From NCBI RefSeq assembly GCF_009914755.1, contig NC_060931.1: DNA of 64,000 bases, one strand, 5' to 3'. Of this stretch, positions 1 through 13,234 are shown one piece after another. The notes beneath the pieces were generated by a model that did no database searches, was not told the origin of the DNA, and saw nothing but the letters and a program-made list of their open reading frames with translations. This DNA is from the human T2T-CHM13v2.0 reference genome, Homo sapiens. A program made the position numbers and the translations under genes. Position 1 is the first letter of the stretch; every line of letters starts with the position of its first letter.

Positions 1-169
1 CCCAGGTATCACACTCTTTCCTGTCTGCAGGATTGTGTATGTGCCATTTCTTCTGTTGAAATGCCCTCCCTCTTCTCTCTTGCCTATTGGAATCTACATA
101 TATTTTTTTAAGACTGACATTATGTACTGCATCCTGCTATAAAGCTAAGCCAATGTCTATTTTAGTTAT

Positions 170-440
170 ATGTGTACTAGTTTGGGGCCAGCCAAACTTG
201 AATTCAAGTGTGTATTCTGGCATTGCTAGCTCTGTGACCAGGGTTACATTACACAACAACTTTAAGACTCAGTATCCTCATTTATGAAATGGGAATAATA
301 ATGGTAATGCTGTTTTCTCTTTGTAAAAACAAACCATAGAAGGGTTGTTCTGAGGATTAAAACAGAGAAGGCACACAAAGTGCTTTGCACAGTACCTGCC
401 ATATGGTAGGCACTTAATGCTCAATAAATGCTAGCTATTG
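170..440 (+). mobile_element. MIR SINE (degenerate)
   Basis: MIR core-like 'ctcagtatcctcatttatgaaatgggaataataatgg' and 3' part 'aagtgctttgcacagtacctgcc...ctcaataaatgctagctatt'; boundaries approximate. Confidence 0.75.
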
Positions 441-1545
441 CTGTTATAATGATAGTAACTGATAATAATAATAATAATATAAAAACCTTTGGCTATTTAG
501 CCCACACTGATCTTTCCTTTCTCTGAATTCCTATGGCACGGAGAGTCAACTCTATTGTTTGGCCTTTATTATTCTCCTACTATTTCGTATGTATAGGTTC
601 TGCCGCCTCAGTTCAATTGTAGGCTCCTAGAGAGCACCTAATACAAAGCCAGTCACATAGAAGGGATGCTGTATGACTTGCTGATTGGTTGATGGTTTTT
701 CCCTCCAGGCTGCTGAAATAAAACCTAATAATATCACCAAGGGAAGCAATTTAGATCAGGAGTGGGCCCTTTCTAAATCCTCCAAAATCTAATTAAGGGA
801 GCAAGGTTTGTGCTATAACACCAGACACGATGCAAGAGGAGAACAATTAATGTTCTTGTTAGAATCAGAAGGGAAGCCATTCCTTATATCAAATGTGCTG
901 AACCTGGGCTCTGGAGCATCACATCTGCTATTCTCTCTATAAATGCAATATCTATTCTGCTTTTGTAAACATTCATTTGTCTTCAGACCGGAACTTCCTT
1001 TTCTGAAGCCACAGATTTGTTTGCTGTCAACACCTGTGATATGAAGCCCTTTCATCATTCTGACGACAATAATTAAGAACCTGGCAAAGAGAGCAGAGGA
1101 TGATCACAAACATCCAGAAAACAATGAAGAATATAAATGAACAAAAATTACTTCATTCATTTGTTCTTAAAACTAATTATAGATGTTCCCACTGTTTACC
1201 TTTTAGTATCTATAATTCAAAACACATAAAACTTGGCTTTAAAAGGATGAATGTGTTACTCAAAGCAGTCTGGGAGAGTGAATTACAACAATGGCAGAAA
1301 AGAAGGAAGCAAACTTCCCTCCGAATTTTGTGAGTGCTTTGGAGGTTTTTACTTTCCTTTTCAAGCAACCACTTGTTTAAATTCTCCTTTCCTGACGGCT
1401 ACTACCACGACTATTTACTACATCTTGCCTGCTCTGCTGTCCTCTCCTGCTAGACCCAATTTGTTTCCTGCATGTCTTCAACAGCTCACCTATATTTTTC
1501 CTCTTTAACTTTCCAACCTTATCCTGGCATCTCTAAATTCCATGC

Positions 1546-2155
1546 TGTATTAGTCAGACTTATCCAGAGAGATGTAATCAATAGGATAATAATGTTTCAG
1601 AGAGAAAGAAAGAGAGACAGAGGAGGGAGCGGGTAGACAGATAAGAGATTTATTATGGGAATTGGCTCATGTGATTATAGAGGCTGAAAAGTCCCACTGT
1701 CTACCATCTGCAAGCTGGTGAACCAGAAAATCCAGTAGTGCAATTCAGTTTGAGTCTGAAGGCCTGAGAATCAAGGGAGCCAATGACATAACTCCCAGTC
1801 CAAAGTCAAAGTCCTGAGAATCATTGAGGTGTGAGGTCAGGCTAGGTGCCGATGTAAGTCCTGGAGTTTGAAAACCTAAGAACCAGAAGTTCTGACATCC
1901 AAGGGCCAGAGAAGATGGATGTCCTAGCTGCGAAGAAGAGTGAATTTGTCTTCCTTTTGCCATTTTATTCTATGTAGGCCTTCAACAGATTGGATGATGC
2001 TTACACTGGGGAGGGCAGATCTTCTTTACTCAGTCTATTGATTCAAATGCAAATCTCTTCCATATACACCCTCAGACACACCAGGAATAATTTTTTGCCA
2101 GTTATCTGGGCATCTCTTTGTACAGTCAAGTTGACACATAAAATTAACCACCTCT
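1546..2155 (-). mobile_element. MLT2-family LTR (3' LTR of the provirus)
   Basis: Starts 'tgtattagtc' and ends 'gtcaagttgacacataaaattaacca', the reverse complement of the MLT2 start. Confidence 0.88.
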
Positions 2156-2652
2156 CGTATGGAGTTGTTATGGGGTGATAAACTTAATTAAGTTTACCCC
2201 TTGTCAACTTGGCACATGTATGCATCTCCTTAAATCATACTTTATCTCCAAATAAAGGCCATAATAAGGTTATAATTCCACTTAACATAATGTGACTATC
2301 CTGAATACAACTGAAATGCACTAATTCATTCCCTAGAAAAGGGAGTAAAATATTTGAGTGATGTTTACTCTTTTCCTGATATCCTGTAACTAAAATACTG
2401 ATATAAAATCAATACTGGAATACTCCTTTTTTCTTGTAAGTGGTTGATTGGAAGTATGCAATGAAGGTATTTTGTGTATCTCTGTAAATAATTCTTGACA
2501 TGGACTATCGGTGCTCTCTTTACTACTGGAAATAGAATCATTAACACCTTCAAAGCTAACCAGACTACAGCCAATTCCAGGAGCCCCCATACTGATTAGA
2601 AAACTCATCCTTAAACTTCTGTTCCTCTAGAATCACTCTCAGAACCAAAATC

Positions 2653-3208
2653 TCTGTTAGTCATGGTCCTCCAGTGAATCAGAATCAACAAGATATATAC
2701 AGATATTTAGGGGGAGATTTATTATGGAAATTGTCTCACATGATTATGGGGCCTCAGCAGTCCCATGATATGCCACCTGCAAGCTGAAGAACCAGTAAAG
2801 CTGGTGATTTAATTCAGCCAGAAACCAAATGTGGCGATGGTGAAAGAGGTGGATAGGGAACCACTGGTATAAGTATTGGAGTCCAAAACTCAAAAAACAG
2901 GAACTCTACATCTGGGCTGGAGAAATGGACTGGTATGTACCAGCTTCTCAAGAAGAGGAGATAATTTGCCCTTTTTCTGCCTTTTTATTCGATTTGGGCC
3001 CTCAGTGGATTGGATAATGCCTGCCTACATTGGTGAGGGTGGATATTCTGTACTCAGTTTACTGATTCAGATGCTAATCTCTCCTGGAAATACCTTCATA
3101 GACACTTCACTGGGTATGAAATACACTTCACATCCAGAGATAACATTTTACCAGCTATCTAGGCATCACTTAGTCCAGTCAAGTTGATACATAAAATTAA
3201 TCATCATA
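2653..3208 (-). mobile_element. MLT2-family LTR (5' LTR of the provirus)
   Basis: Contains 'gagatttattatggaaattg' and ends 'gtcaagttgatacataaaattaatcatcata'. Confidence 0.88.
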
Positions 3209-4284
3209 CATGCTAATCTAATACCCTGATATCAACATGTGACATATTCTTCAGTAGCATTTGTTGAATATTCACTTACTAAGCATTTACTGTATGTCTG
3301 ATACTGTGCTAAACCCTCATATACATAACTCATTTAATCTTCCAATACATCTCTCAAGTAACTATTCGTACTTCCTCTCTATAGCACAAAGTTGTTCATC
3401 TTCATTCCATATCAGCTGTTTGCCACCCCAGCCAAATATCAGATCCTACCATGAAAGGCACAATTTTATCCCCAGCATCATGAATTTCAGGCTTCCCCAA
3501 ATTGGGCTGCCATTAACTCCTTATCTAGTTTTTTCTTAACATCTATTCATACTCTGTGAGTCTGCTTTTCAGCTGTCTCATCCTTCATTCATTTCTTTTT
3601 TGATTCCAGCTACTCAATTTAGATAATATGTTACTCCATGATTGGCTCCTTCAATCATTTTCTTGCCACTGTCCCACACTCACCACTCTTGATATACTGG
3701 CATTCCAATCTCTAATAATGCATTACCAGCCTTGCCTGCTCCTACATTCCATCCCTGAGTGCTACTGTAATATCATATATCAACTGGACAGGCCTGAATC
3801 CCTATATAGAATCATGTATACATTTGCTCAGCTCTTGCAACCTCACCAACCTCACCTCGACTCTTGCTGCTCTATGGCAATTTATTTATCTAGCTTTTAT
3901 TGATTTGCTGGTATCCTCCTTGCCTGTAGCCACACGTATACTTGAAAATATAGGGGTTTCAATATATTTCAAGAAAAAATATTTTGGGTTTGAGAAAAGA
4001 AACAATTTTGAATTCTATATTGTTTTGATTTAAGATATAATTTGTTAATCACAAAAGAATAGCAGAAGAGATATAAAGCATATTATTTATTCAACCAATA
4101 GACAATGCTTTTTTGTATAATTTTTAAACTCCTTGTAATAACCATGCTCCACAGATGGAAAAAAACAACACTAGGAAATAGGAACTACAATTCATTTGGT
4201 TTCTTAGTAATTATCTCATGTTATATATTTCATGTGCTTATGTCATTGCTTACCTACAATGTAAGGTTCTTGTTCACAGAACAA

Positions 4285-4530
4285 AATAGACTCTGGAACC
4301 AAAATGTCTCTGTTTGAATACTGAGTTCAGTACATAGTATCTGTGTGACAATAAGAAAGTCACTTAACTGCTTTATGCTTCCATTTCTTTTTTTTTTTTT
4401 TTTTTAAAAACACTATATAGTGGCAATAGTATTATTTACCCATAAGGTTGTTGTGGAAATTAAATGATCTAATGCATGTATTGCCCAGTATATTATCTAA
4501 CACAGAAAAATCACAAAATATTATTTGCTG
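4285..4530 (+). mobile_element. MIR SINE with internal poly-T
   Basis: 'tagactctggaacc...aagtcacttaac...aaggttgttgtggaaattaaatga' MIR-like; approximate. Confidence 0.65.
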
Positions 4531-4677
4531 AAATTATTGCTATTATTGTTATTATTACTGAGTTGATAGTGGGTTGCTCAATAAATACAACTCAGTTGGA
4601 AAGTAAAATGATCCACCTTCCTCAAATCATGACTGCTTCATGATAGTCATCATGACCCATCAGTAGATACAATTTTT

Positions 4678-4793
4678 CATCCAAATTGGGACACTTTTGA
4701 GAGTTTAACAGGATCCTTTAATATGTATGCTGCAGCAGCAGAAATATTCTGTATGTATGTGCCCACTAAAAATCAGGATGTATGCTCACCCTA
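4678..4793. mobile_element. hAT-Blackjack MITE (MER81/MER94-like)
   Basis: 'catccaaattgggacacttttgagag' ... 'caggatgtatgctcacccta' resembles the MER81 termini. Confidence 0.55.
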
Positions 4794-7700
4794 CCATAAA
4801 AAATGTGTTTAGGGAGTCTTTTTCCAATAGTCCAAGTTAATAGCCCTGTGCTCTTTTATTCCAAATTGGTTTTAAAGATACAATCACTTAACAGGTGGCC
4901 AGAAGTTAACTTTGCCTATGATTTTATTATTTAGCATGAGCTACAATATCAAATTTTTAACTGTAAAATCAGTGATTGTTAACAGCTACTTATTCGTTGG
5001 TGTTCTTGTAATGGGGAGATTTTTATGCATGGTTTGTTTATAAATGAAAACCTTGTGCAAAGCATCTGGGAAATCAAATGGTGAATTCCATAGCCAGCAT
5101 TGGGAGGTCCAGATTTCTGTCATTCCTGCATGATATTACCTAGAAGCATCCAGGTATATCTATCTTACTTTTATATTCCTCCTGCATATTTTTTGTCTTT
5201 CTGGTCTTTTAGATTAAATGTCTCCCTGATGGTAAAGACCAGATCCTGAAGAAAAGGCACTGACATGTAACTCTCCAGTTAGAGTAGAAACATAGAATAG
5301 GATCATACCAAATGGGGTCTTATTAGTTCTGTCTTTATTCCAATCTCCTTTCTCCTGCCTTCCTATTCTGTTACTTTAAGCACAAAACACAATGAGGGCT
5401 TAATAAATATTTGTCAAGAGATAATACCAAACTGACATTGGAATTTTTTTTTATTATGAGCATTAAAAAATACAATCAACTCATACTCGCCTTCTTTTCT
5501 GTAGAATCATTTTCATTCCTGTCACATTGAATGAATGGAGCAATGAATTCTCTGAGTCTCCATATAGAATTTTCCTAAAGGGGTTATTCATTTACAATGA
5601 CAAAAATGAAAGGAAAACAAATGATTTTTTTTTACAATGGCCTACTTCAGTGAAATGCCAAAAGGCCATTTCATTTTAACTAGAAATTTATAAATTTTGA
5701 AAAATGCCTTCCCTCTCTCTGTACCTTGATTCTGTCCTGACTACAACCCCAACACCGTCAACACAACAAAAAGGAGAGAAAATGAGTAGCAGCTTTTGTC
5801 TCTACCCCAGATTCTTATCTTTGACATCATTGCTAAAACATCAGGGGAAACAATTTTCCTCCAAACAAGTGCTGTCCTGGGGACTAGTTGAAGCTTTCTA
5901 TGGAGCGAAAAAATATTTGCAGACCCATCATAAGGAAATCAGAGATAGGTGACTTGTGTTTTCCTATTAGCTTCTTGCAGAAATAGATCCAGCTTCTTCC
6001 TCCAGTGTTAAGGACTATTATCAAAAGCAAAATGTAGGTTTTCAGATTTTTTTATTTGTAACAAAATATGTTTTCTCTGTCTGTGTAAATAAATCTACTG
6101 ATCCCGCTGATGGAAAGCCATGTTCCTGGAATTGTTTTTACCTACAGTACAGTTGAAATTATGGTCCTCCATCAGCAGCCTTTCTCTGGGTTTCCATTGT
6201 GGACAACTGCAAAGCTTTCAAGGATAATGGCTGGTTTTAAGGCCACTACGCACATAGTCATCCCACGGTTAGAGATAGAGCTCATAACATACTGTACTCA
6301 TAGCAGCATCTCAGCTCTTGAACATGTCAATGCTCTAATGATTTGTAAAGAATAGAGCATCCAGGCAGGTGATACTGGGACCAACTGACAAATTCAGAAA
6401 AAAATAAACACACACACACACAAACAAATAGTTACCTACATCCACCCCCTAACTTACTGTCTTGAGCATTATAAATTTCGTATCTATGCACAACTTCTTG
6501 ATTAGAATGAAAATCCTTATTCTTTACCTGTGTACAGTCAATTCTTTATATAGATTATGGTATACAGTAAGGTCTAGATAAGTGTATAATGAAAAGAAAT
6601 GGGAACTCGTACCCTTAGGTCAGCCCCTAAACAAAACTTTATCCAGCTTCTCCTACATTCTCATTCTATTCCTGACCATGTCCAGCTCATTTTTCTGACT
6701 TGAGGTAAAATGTTTCCTTCTCTGGGAAATCTTTCCTATACCCCCACCCAGATTAGGCACTCCTGCCATTTGCTTCAAAACACTGCCTACCTCCCTCATT
6801 TGTAACTACTTGTGGAACCAGAGCTGTTACAGTTTAAACTACACAAGACTATCTGAGACTCATTCAGTGTACAGCCTCCAAAGTACAGGTATAGCTCTTC
6901 TTGTCCATCACCCACTTGGTTTTCGGTTTCTCTCCGTTGGATGTATAGGTGTCCTGGTATATAATGTATGTTCAGGAGAAGGGATATTTAATAGGAATGA
7001 GGATATACTAAAGGCACAAGCAACGGAAGGTCACATGGCAGAGGGAGAAAGGGAGAGAGAAGCTCAGCTTCAATTTTTAACTATCTAGAATCTTGTGATC
7101 AAATGTCTGATATTTTAATATCAGTATATTTTGAGTCATTTCAAAAAACATTTTGATTATAATTATAGAAGGAGGATGATTGTTTGGAATCTCTCAAGAT
7201 GTTATCCTGGCCCTCAGGTGGGTGTGTATCCAGAGGATTTGAATGAAGGCCCAGCCAAGTCTCTGGACTACTGCCCACACATACACTTGGGACTCCTAGC
7301 TAAAGCAATGAGTCCAGTTCCAAGGGTACAACATTCCAAGGAACATAGTTTAGAGCCTTGACCATTGGAGCTCTGAATCTTCCCTGAATTACTCCCAGGA
7401 AACTGAAACAGGGCCCACTGCCTGTGGACTCATACTCTTTTATCCTTCCCCAATATTTGAAAATGTTCTCTTCCATCCTCTAATCCCCAGCTTCAGAGGT
7501 ATGATCCTCTTCTTTCCCCTCTAGGGTACTCGGCGTAATTTCCTTCTTACAATTAAGCCTTCCAAAAACCTGGGAGAGAAAAATAAAGAGAATGAAATAC
7601 ATTAACTGTCATTAAATTAGATTCTTCTTTACCAGGAAAAAAGAAAATGCAAATTAATATCTCAATAAATTATCCTGACTTAGTGTGCAAGAAACAAACA

Positions 7701-8424
7701 TAGTTGCACTGAAATATAATAGCAAGGTGGAGCTTATAAAAAGTCAGACAAGGCCTACCTGAAGACTGAACAAGGCAAAGAAGCCACCTATGAACAGAGC
7801 AGGGCTGGGGAGCACTCCCGGCACGGAAGCTACTAGGTGGAAAAGCCGGCAGGTGGACCAGTGCCTGGAGGGCTTCCAGAAGGAAAGACTAGTTTGAATA
7901 AAGCTTAGGAGATGGTGCAGAGAATGTTAGAAAAATCAAGTTGGAGAGACAAAAACAGGAAATCTTTCCAAATATTAATCATTTATGGTACTCGTCTGGC
8001 AATATCTCATGTAGTCCTCACAACTGGCTTTCATTAAGAATCTTCTTTGTAACTACCACAAAGTCATAACTTCTGCCTTCAAGCTGTACATATTCTGGAG
8101 AAGAGTTGCAATAAAATATGTAGTAACAACATTGCATTGAAAGTAAATGACATAAGCACAAGGAGTGAATAAAATATAGATGAAGGGCATGAATCCGGAC
8201 CAGGGAAGACCAAGGACACTTTCTAGAGGCAGTGCATTTGGGATGAATCTTAGGGACTGTTTCAGGCAAAGAGGGCAGGACATCTTGTTTCATGAGATTC
8301 ACATGAATCTCAAGGGATCAAGGAATGAGGGTTCCTGATGCACTTAAGAAATGCTGGAAGGGCTCTCACAGATATCAGTAGTATTGTTCCTTCAGATTCA
8401 GTTAATTCATGACTTGGTATAGCA

Positions 8425-8600
8425 TAAACTCTGGGGTCAGTCCTGGAACAGTTGGAGTCCTGAAGCTTCCATTTATTAGCTTACTGACAATGGCAGTTTC
8501 CTTAACTCCTGTGTCTTATTTCTTCATCTATGAAATGGGGATAATAACCAACCTCCTAACGTCATTGCTATGATGAAATCGGAAAATCAAGATAAGGAAC
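8425..8600 (+). mobile_element. MIR SINE
   Basis: 'tttcttcatctatgaaatggggataataacc' core; approximate. Confidence 0.7.
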
Positions 8601-8955
8601 TGGCAAATGAATATATCATACCATGGATTTCCTAAGCTTAAAAATAGTCACAAGCACATTCTAAAATATTATTATTTATTTTTCTTTATTTCTTTTTAAA
8701 TCATACTCCAATCTTACATTGTAGCATATCATGACATAAGGTTGGGAATCTTTACCTCTTTAATCACTACCATATATTTTAGTGCCTAAGATAGTAGGAG
8801 CTGAATAACATCTGTTGGACCAATCAATAAGTTAGTTGATTCAAGAGATACCAACTTGTATCCGGAGGAGTACAAAGAAAGAAACAGTTGTTCTTAGCTA
8901 GTATCCTTACATATCATACCTGCAATATATCAGATTTAACAATTCATGACTTATA

Positions 8956-9440
8956 TGTCTAGTCCATTCTCACACTGCTATAAAGGACTGCCTATGGTGG
9001 CACATGCCTGTGGCAGAATCCACACTTGGAGCTTTCCTCTACTTGTCAGACCCACAGTGAATTTTTTTCTTCTCAGTTTGTTGCATGTTTATGTGCAACT
9101 ATAAAATTATGTGTAAATTATAAAGGAAAGAGGTTTAATTGACTCACAGTTCAGCATGGCTGGGGAAGTGTCAGGAAACATACAATCATGGGAGAAGGGG
9201 AAGCAAATATGTCCTCTTTCACATGATGACAGGAAAGAGAAGCACTGAGCAAAAGGGGAAAAAGCTCCTTATAAAACCATCAGCTCTCACGAGAATTCAC
9301 TCACTATCACGAGAACAGCATGAGGGTAACTGCCCCCATGATTCAATTACCTTCCACCAGGTCCCTTCCATGACATGTGGGGATTATGGGAACTATAATT
9401 CAAGATGAGATTTGGTGGGGGACACAGCCAAACCATATCA
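8956..9440 (-). mobile_element. THE1 (THE1C/D-like) MaLR solo LTR interrupted by a ~119-bp insertion
   Basis: 'tagtccattctcacactgctataaag' ... 'gaggtttaattgactcacagttc' ... 'ggggacacagccaaaccatatca'; non-THE1 sequence at 8994-9112. Confidence 0.92.
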
Positions 9441-9524
9441 AGAAGCAAGGTTTAGTTTAAAATGTAATACTTGAGTATCCATTTTTTTATATCCTTACAC
9501 AGTCAGATTTAAAAGTCTATCCTG

Positions 9525-9821
9525 GGCCAGGCATGGTGGCTCACATCTGTAATCCCAGTGCTTTGGGAGGCCAAGGCAGGCAGATCACCTGATGTTGGGA
9601 GTTTGAGACCAGCCTGACCAACGTGGAGAAACCCCGTCTCTACTAAAAATACAAAATTAACCGGGCATGGTGGCACATGCCTCTAATCCCAGCTACTCAG
9701 GAGGCTGAGGCAGGAGAATCACTCGAATCTGGGAGGCGGAGGTTGCCATGAGCTGAGATCACGCCATTGCGCTCCAGCCTGGGCAACAAGAGCAAAACTC
9801 CATCTCAAAAGAAAAAAAAAA
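9525..9821 (+). mobile_element. Alu (AluSp-like)
   Basis: Full dimer with A tail; 'cctgaccaacgtggagaaaccc' and 'gggcaacaagagc' are Sp/Sq-type diagnostics. Confidence 0.95.
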
Positions 9822-10461
9822 GGTCCTAAAGCTATTGCACTACTCCTGCATGAAACCAACTCTCCCAGAACCTAGTCACAACTTCATCTTGTTAAGACCT
9901 TTTTTGACTTCTCATCTGTAAGATGTATTATTTCTTCCCCGTGGAAAATTACCAGTGAGACTCATTAATATTCTAGCCTCCAGCCTGACCTCCTTTCCTG
10001 AGATTCATGAGGATGCTTTGTGAATGCAGCAGAGAAAACAGTTCACTGAAAGTCTTGTTTGGGGTAACCCTCTGCTCCCTTTGCATGACTTACTGTGAGA
10101 TTTCTTTGCCTTTTTGTTTCTTTTGTTAACTTTTTTTTCTAACTCTAAAAAATACAAAAGATAGATTTCAAATCAAAAAGGCTCCATACCTACATTAGTA
10201 TGTGTTTTCTATTGTATATATTTTGGTTTTATGTTTCTCAAGAAAATAAAAACCTTGAGCACCCTGGCAAGCTCCATATATAGTTGTGAAGTGGGCAAAG
10301 TTTACCTCTGATTTCCCTCCAATTATGTCTGCAGCCCTCCCTCATATGCTGTGGGCTCCTCAAACCCTGACTCTAACTCTAGCTACTCGAGTTCTGTTTC
10401 ACCAATTCCAGCATGGGTTTGCTGTCCCCACTCATCAGTCTATTCTTTACAACCCTGTCCT

Positions 10462-10700
10462 TCTCACTCATTTGTTCATTTATCCATTCTACAAATCTTT
10501 ATTGAGAACCTACTATGTGCCAGACACTGCGCTAGATATTCAGGATACAACAGTAAGCAAAATACCCCTACTCTAGTGGAATTGCATTTGGTAAGGGACA
10601 TGCACAGAAAGCAAGTAAGTAAAATAATTACAAACTGTGGTAATGCTCTGAAGAAACATACAAGGAGGCAAGAGTGAAAATAATAGAAGGATGCTTCAAG
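10462..10700 (-). mobile_element. L2 3' end
   Basis: 'cattctacaaatctttattgagaacctactatgtgccagacactg' is the typical reverse complement of the L2 tail. Confidence 0.75.
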
Positions 10701-13234
10701 GAAGTCAGACAAACCATTTTGAAATCGAAAGGATGGTAAAAGGCCAGCCATGAATACTGGAGCCAGCCAGTTTCAAACTTCCTATTAATTTTAATGAATA
10801 ATTTTATACTAAAATCATGCTCTTGAAATGATTTAAGAGTGTTGGCTTGGGAGTCATAAAAGGCAGTGTTCACATCTAGGTTCTGACATTAGCTATATCT
10901 TCCTTTAAAATGTGGATATTAATAACTAGCCCAAAGGTAGGAGTTAAGAATTAAATGAGATAATGAATGTATAGCACCTTTAACCAATAAGTGCCTGTTT
11001 TATTAGCTAGCTAGTATATAAAAACTAGCCAGAAACATATTGACTTAGAACAGATGCTGACGTGTATACTGGTCAGCTGAAGATAGACTGGCCTAGACCA
11101 GACATTATGCTGCTTGAGCTCTGGTATTCTGCATTTATGTCATTACAGAGTCAAGACTGAAGGGACAGCAGCTTCCTTGGGAAAGTATGGCAATGTAAGA
11201 GATCAAGGCCAATCATACAATCACATTTCACATCTTTTAACATTCCTCTGGCCAAAGCAAGGCACAAAGCTGAGCCCAAAGTCAAGGGAATTATATCCTG
11301 CCCACCATTAATCTCAAGCAAATCACATGCCAACCCCAGTATATAAATATTTTTGAACATAATTTAACCTACCACAATTACTGTGATTGATAATAACCTA
11401 ATATGTTTACCTTACTCAGGAATGTCTACATTTTCATGAGAGTATTAACACAGAGAAACAAATAAATGGAATCTACAGCAAATGATTACTACAGAGTAAG
11501 AAATAGTTGTTTTATTCAATAATTCATTGACCATATCTCCATTATCTATTAATTTTATACATTTTAAAATTAGTACTCTATTGGATTTGTCCCAGAAGCT
11601 CACAGTTGTATTTTCCTTCTAGAATCATTATTATAGAACTACTGAGATTAAAACATTTTTCACTGGTTGATTCTAATGTAGACTTGATTTTTCAAAAGTG
11701 ACTTATGTATGTATAGACTAACAAAAACAGAGTACTAGAACAACAGAGTCTATTTAATTATGCTTAGGAACCACATCAAGACTTGAATGATCAAGAAGCT
11801 TCTGTGCAATCCTTCCATATAACTTCAAGCCAACCACTCAGACTCATTATTTTACAGAAGAGGAAAAGAAAAAATTGGAGAATCATCCACATAGATAATA
11901 ACCATCAGGAGCTGAGACATACTTCTACTCTCCCTGGGGGTACAGATACTAAAATACATTATAGCCTAATTCCTGATGAAATCAATCCACCCAAATTGCC
12001 TTATATTGGTTCCAAGAGAGTTCAGGGAGAATGGTTTCCTGCATGCCAAAATCCAAGCCTGACAGTAGCTTTCTGGGGCTCCCTTCATGGTGCACTAGAG
12101 CTTCGGAATCATAGAAAGAGCTGAAAAGTTGTCTGGAGACAAAAAAATTACCCCTCCCATACTGTGCTTGCTTTTATAAAAGAGCAAGTAGGGCCTAAAG
12201 TGAACAAAATTGCCAAAGATCATATCTGAGTTTTCATTCACAGGCCTTTGAGGGCCTGTTTATCCCAGGGATGGAAATTGACTTTATAAGGTACTAAGTT
12301 GGAATCATTTTATGTTTGATCTCAATAAAGATGTGTTAATTTTCATTATTCCTCAACCATGAGTGAGGAGAAAAATCAGCATCATGCTGTTTAATTATGC
12401 TCAAGGAAATAACTTGCCTGCTTAAAAATCTCTGACTCCGTGTCTCTTCCCCACCAGCCCTGTTCTAGAGATGCTTTAAATATACAAAGCAAAAGTTATT
12501 TTATATTGAGAAGACAAAGACAACATCAAAAAGGACATTTTTGGAATATCTGAGTTTTTAATAGCTATTTTCTGAGAGAACGATTTGGTAGTTTCTGTTT
12601 TGGTCAATTGCCATATTTTGTTCTTTTTATTTTTCCAGATTAGAAAATACATACTTGAGTTTTTGTGTGAACCTGAAACATACACCTAATAAGGTTAAGG
12701 CAAATTTGTGAGTATAACAGATTAGTGTGTGTGTTTGTTACAGGTATCTGGTAAAGTTAGGAAGTCTAGCCAGAAATGAAACTGCAGAAATTGCCTGTTA
12801 CTAAATGAGGAAAATGCTGGTGAGCCATCTCAAGCAGTTTGAATTTTCTCCCCAGGACACTATGAAGCTAGTGTGTAAGAAGTCTAGAAAATTCCTCAAA
12901 GGATAATGGAATGGGTATATAATATGATGTCACTGTGAGTTGAACTAAGGTGTTTGTTATGACCTTAAAAAGCTGTTGCATGGGATAAAAATGGATTTAA
13001 AAGAGCTCTTGGAGAGAGAGGCTCCTAAAAGGAGGGGACGGCTGGGAATAATAACACCCAGCTGTGAGGCTCCACTCCTACCCTGTTAAGGCAGTTAGAC
13101 CCTATACCCACACTAGGGTCTTAGATCACCAATTCTTCCTTTTACAAAGTAAGTGTCACAACCACTACTTACCATCGTTGGGAGAGTTAAATGAAACAAT
13201 GCATTAATGTACAAAGCCATGTTTTGTAGTCTGT

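Larger units (their letters stand above)
1546..3208 (-). mobile_element. Internally deleted ERV-L provirus: MLT2 LTR - short HERVL-like internal remnant - MLT2 LTR
   Basis: Two MLT2-type LTRs in the same orientation. The internal part has the 5' leader ('gattttggttctgagagtgattctagaggaacag' on minus) and the 3' PPT end ('gttgacaaggggtaaact' on minus). Exact 5-bp TSD CATGC at 1541-1545 and 3209-3213. Confidence 0.85.

Noticed and set aside
7800-7870. CTCF/ETS-like motifs (ctactaggtggaa, cggaag) in a small GC-rich patch
   Set aside because: Mismatches at key CTCF positions; short motifs are expected by chance
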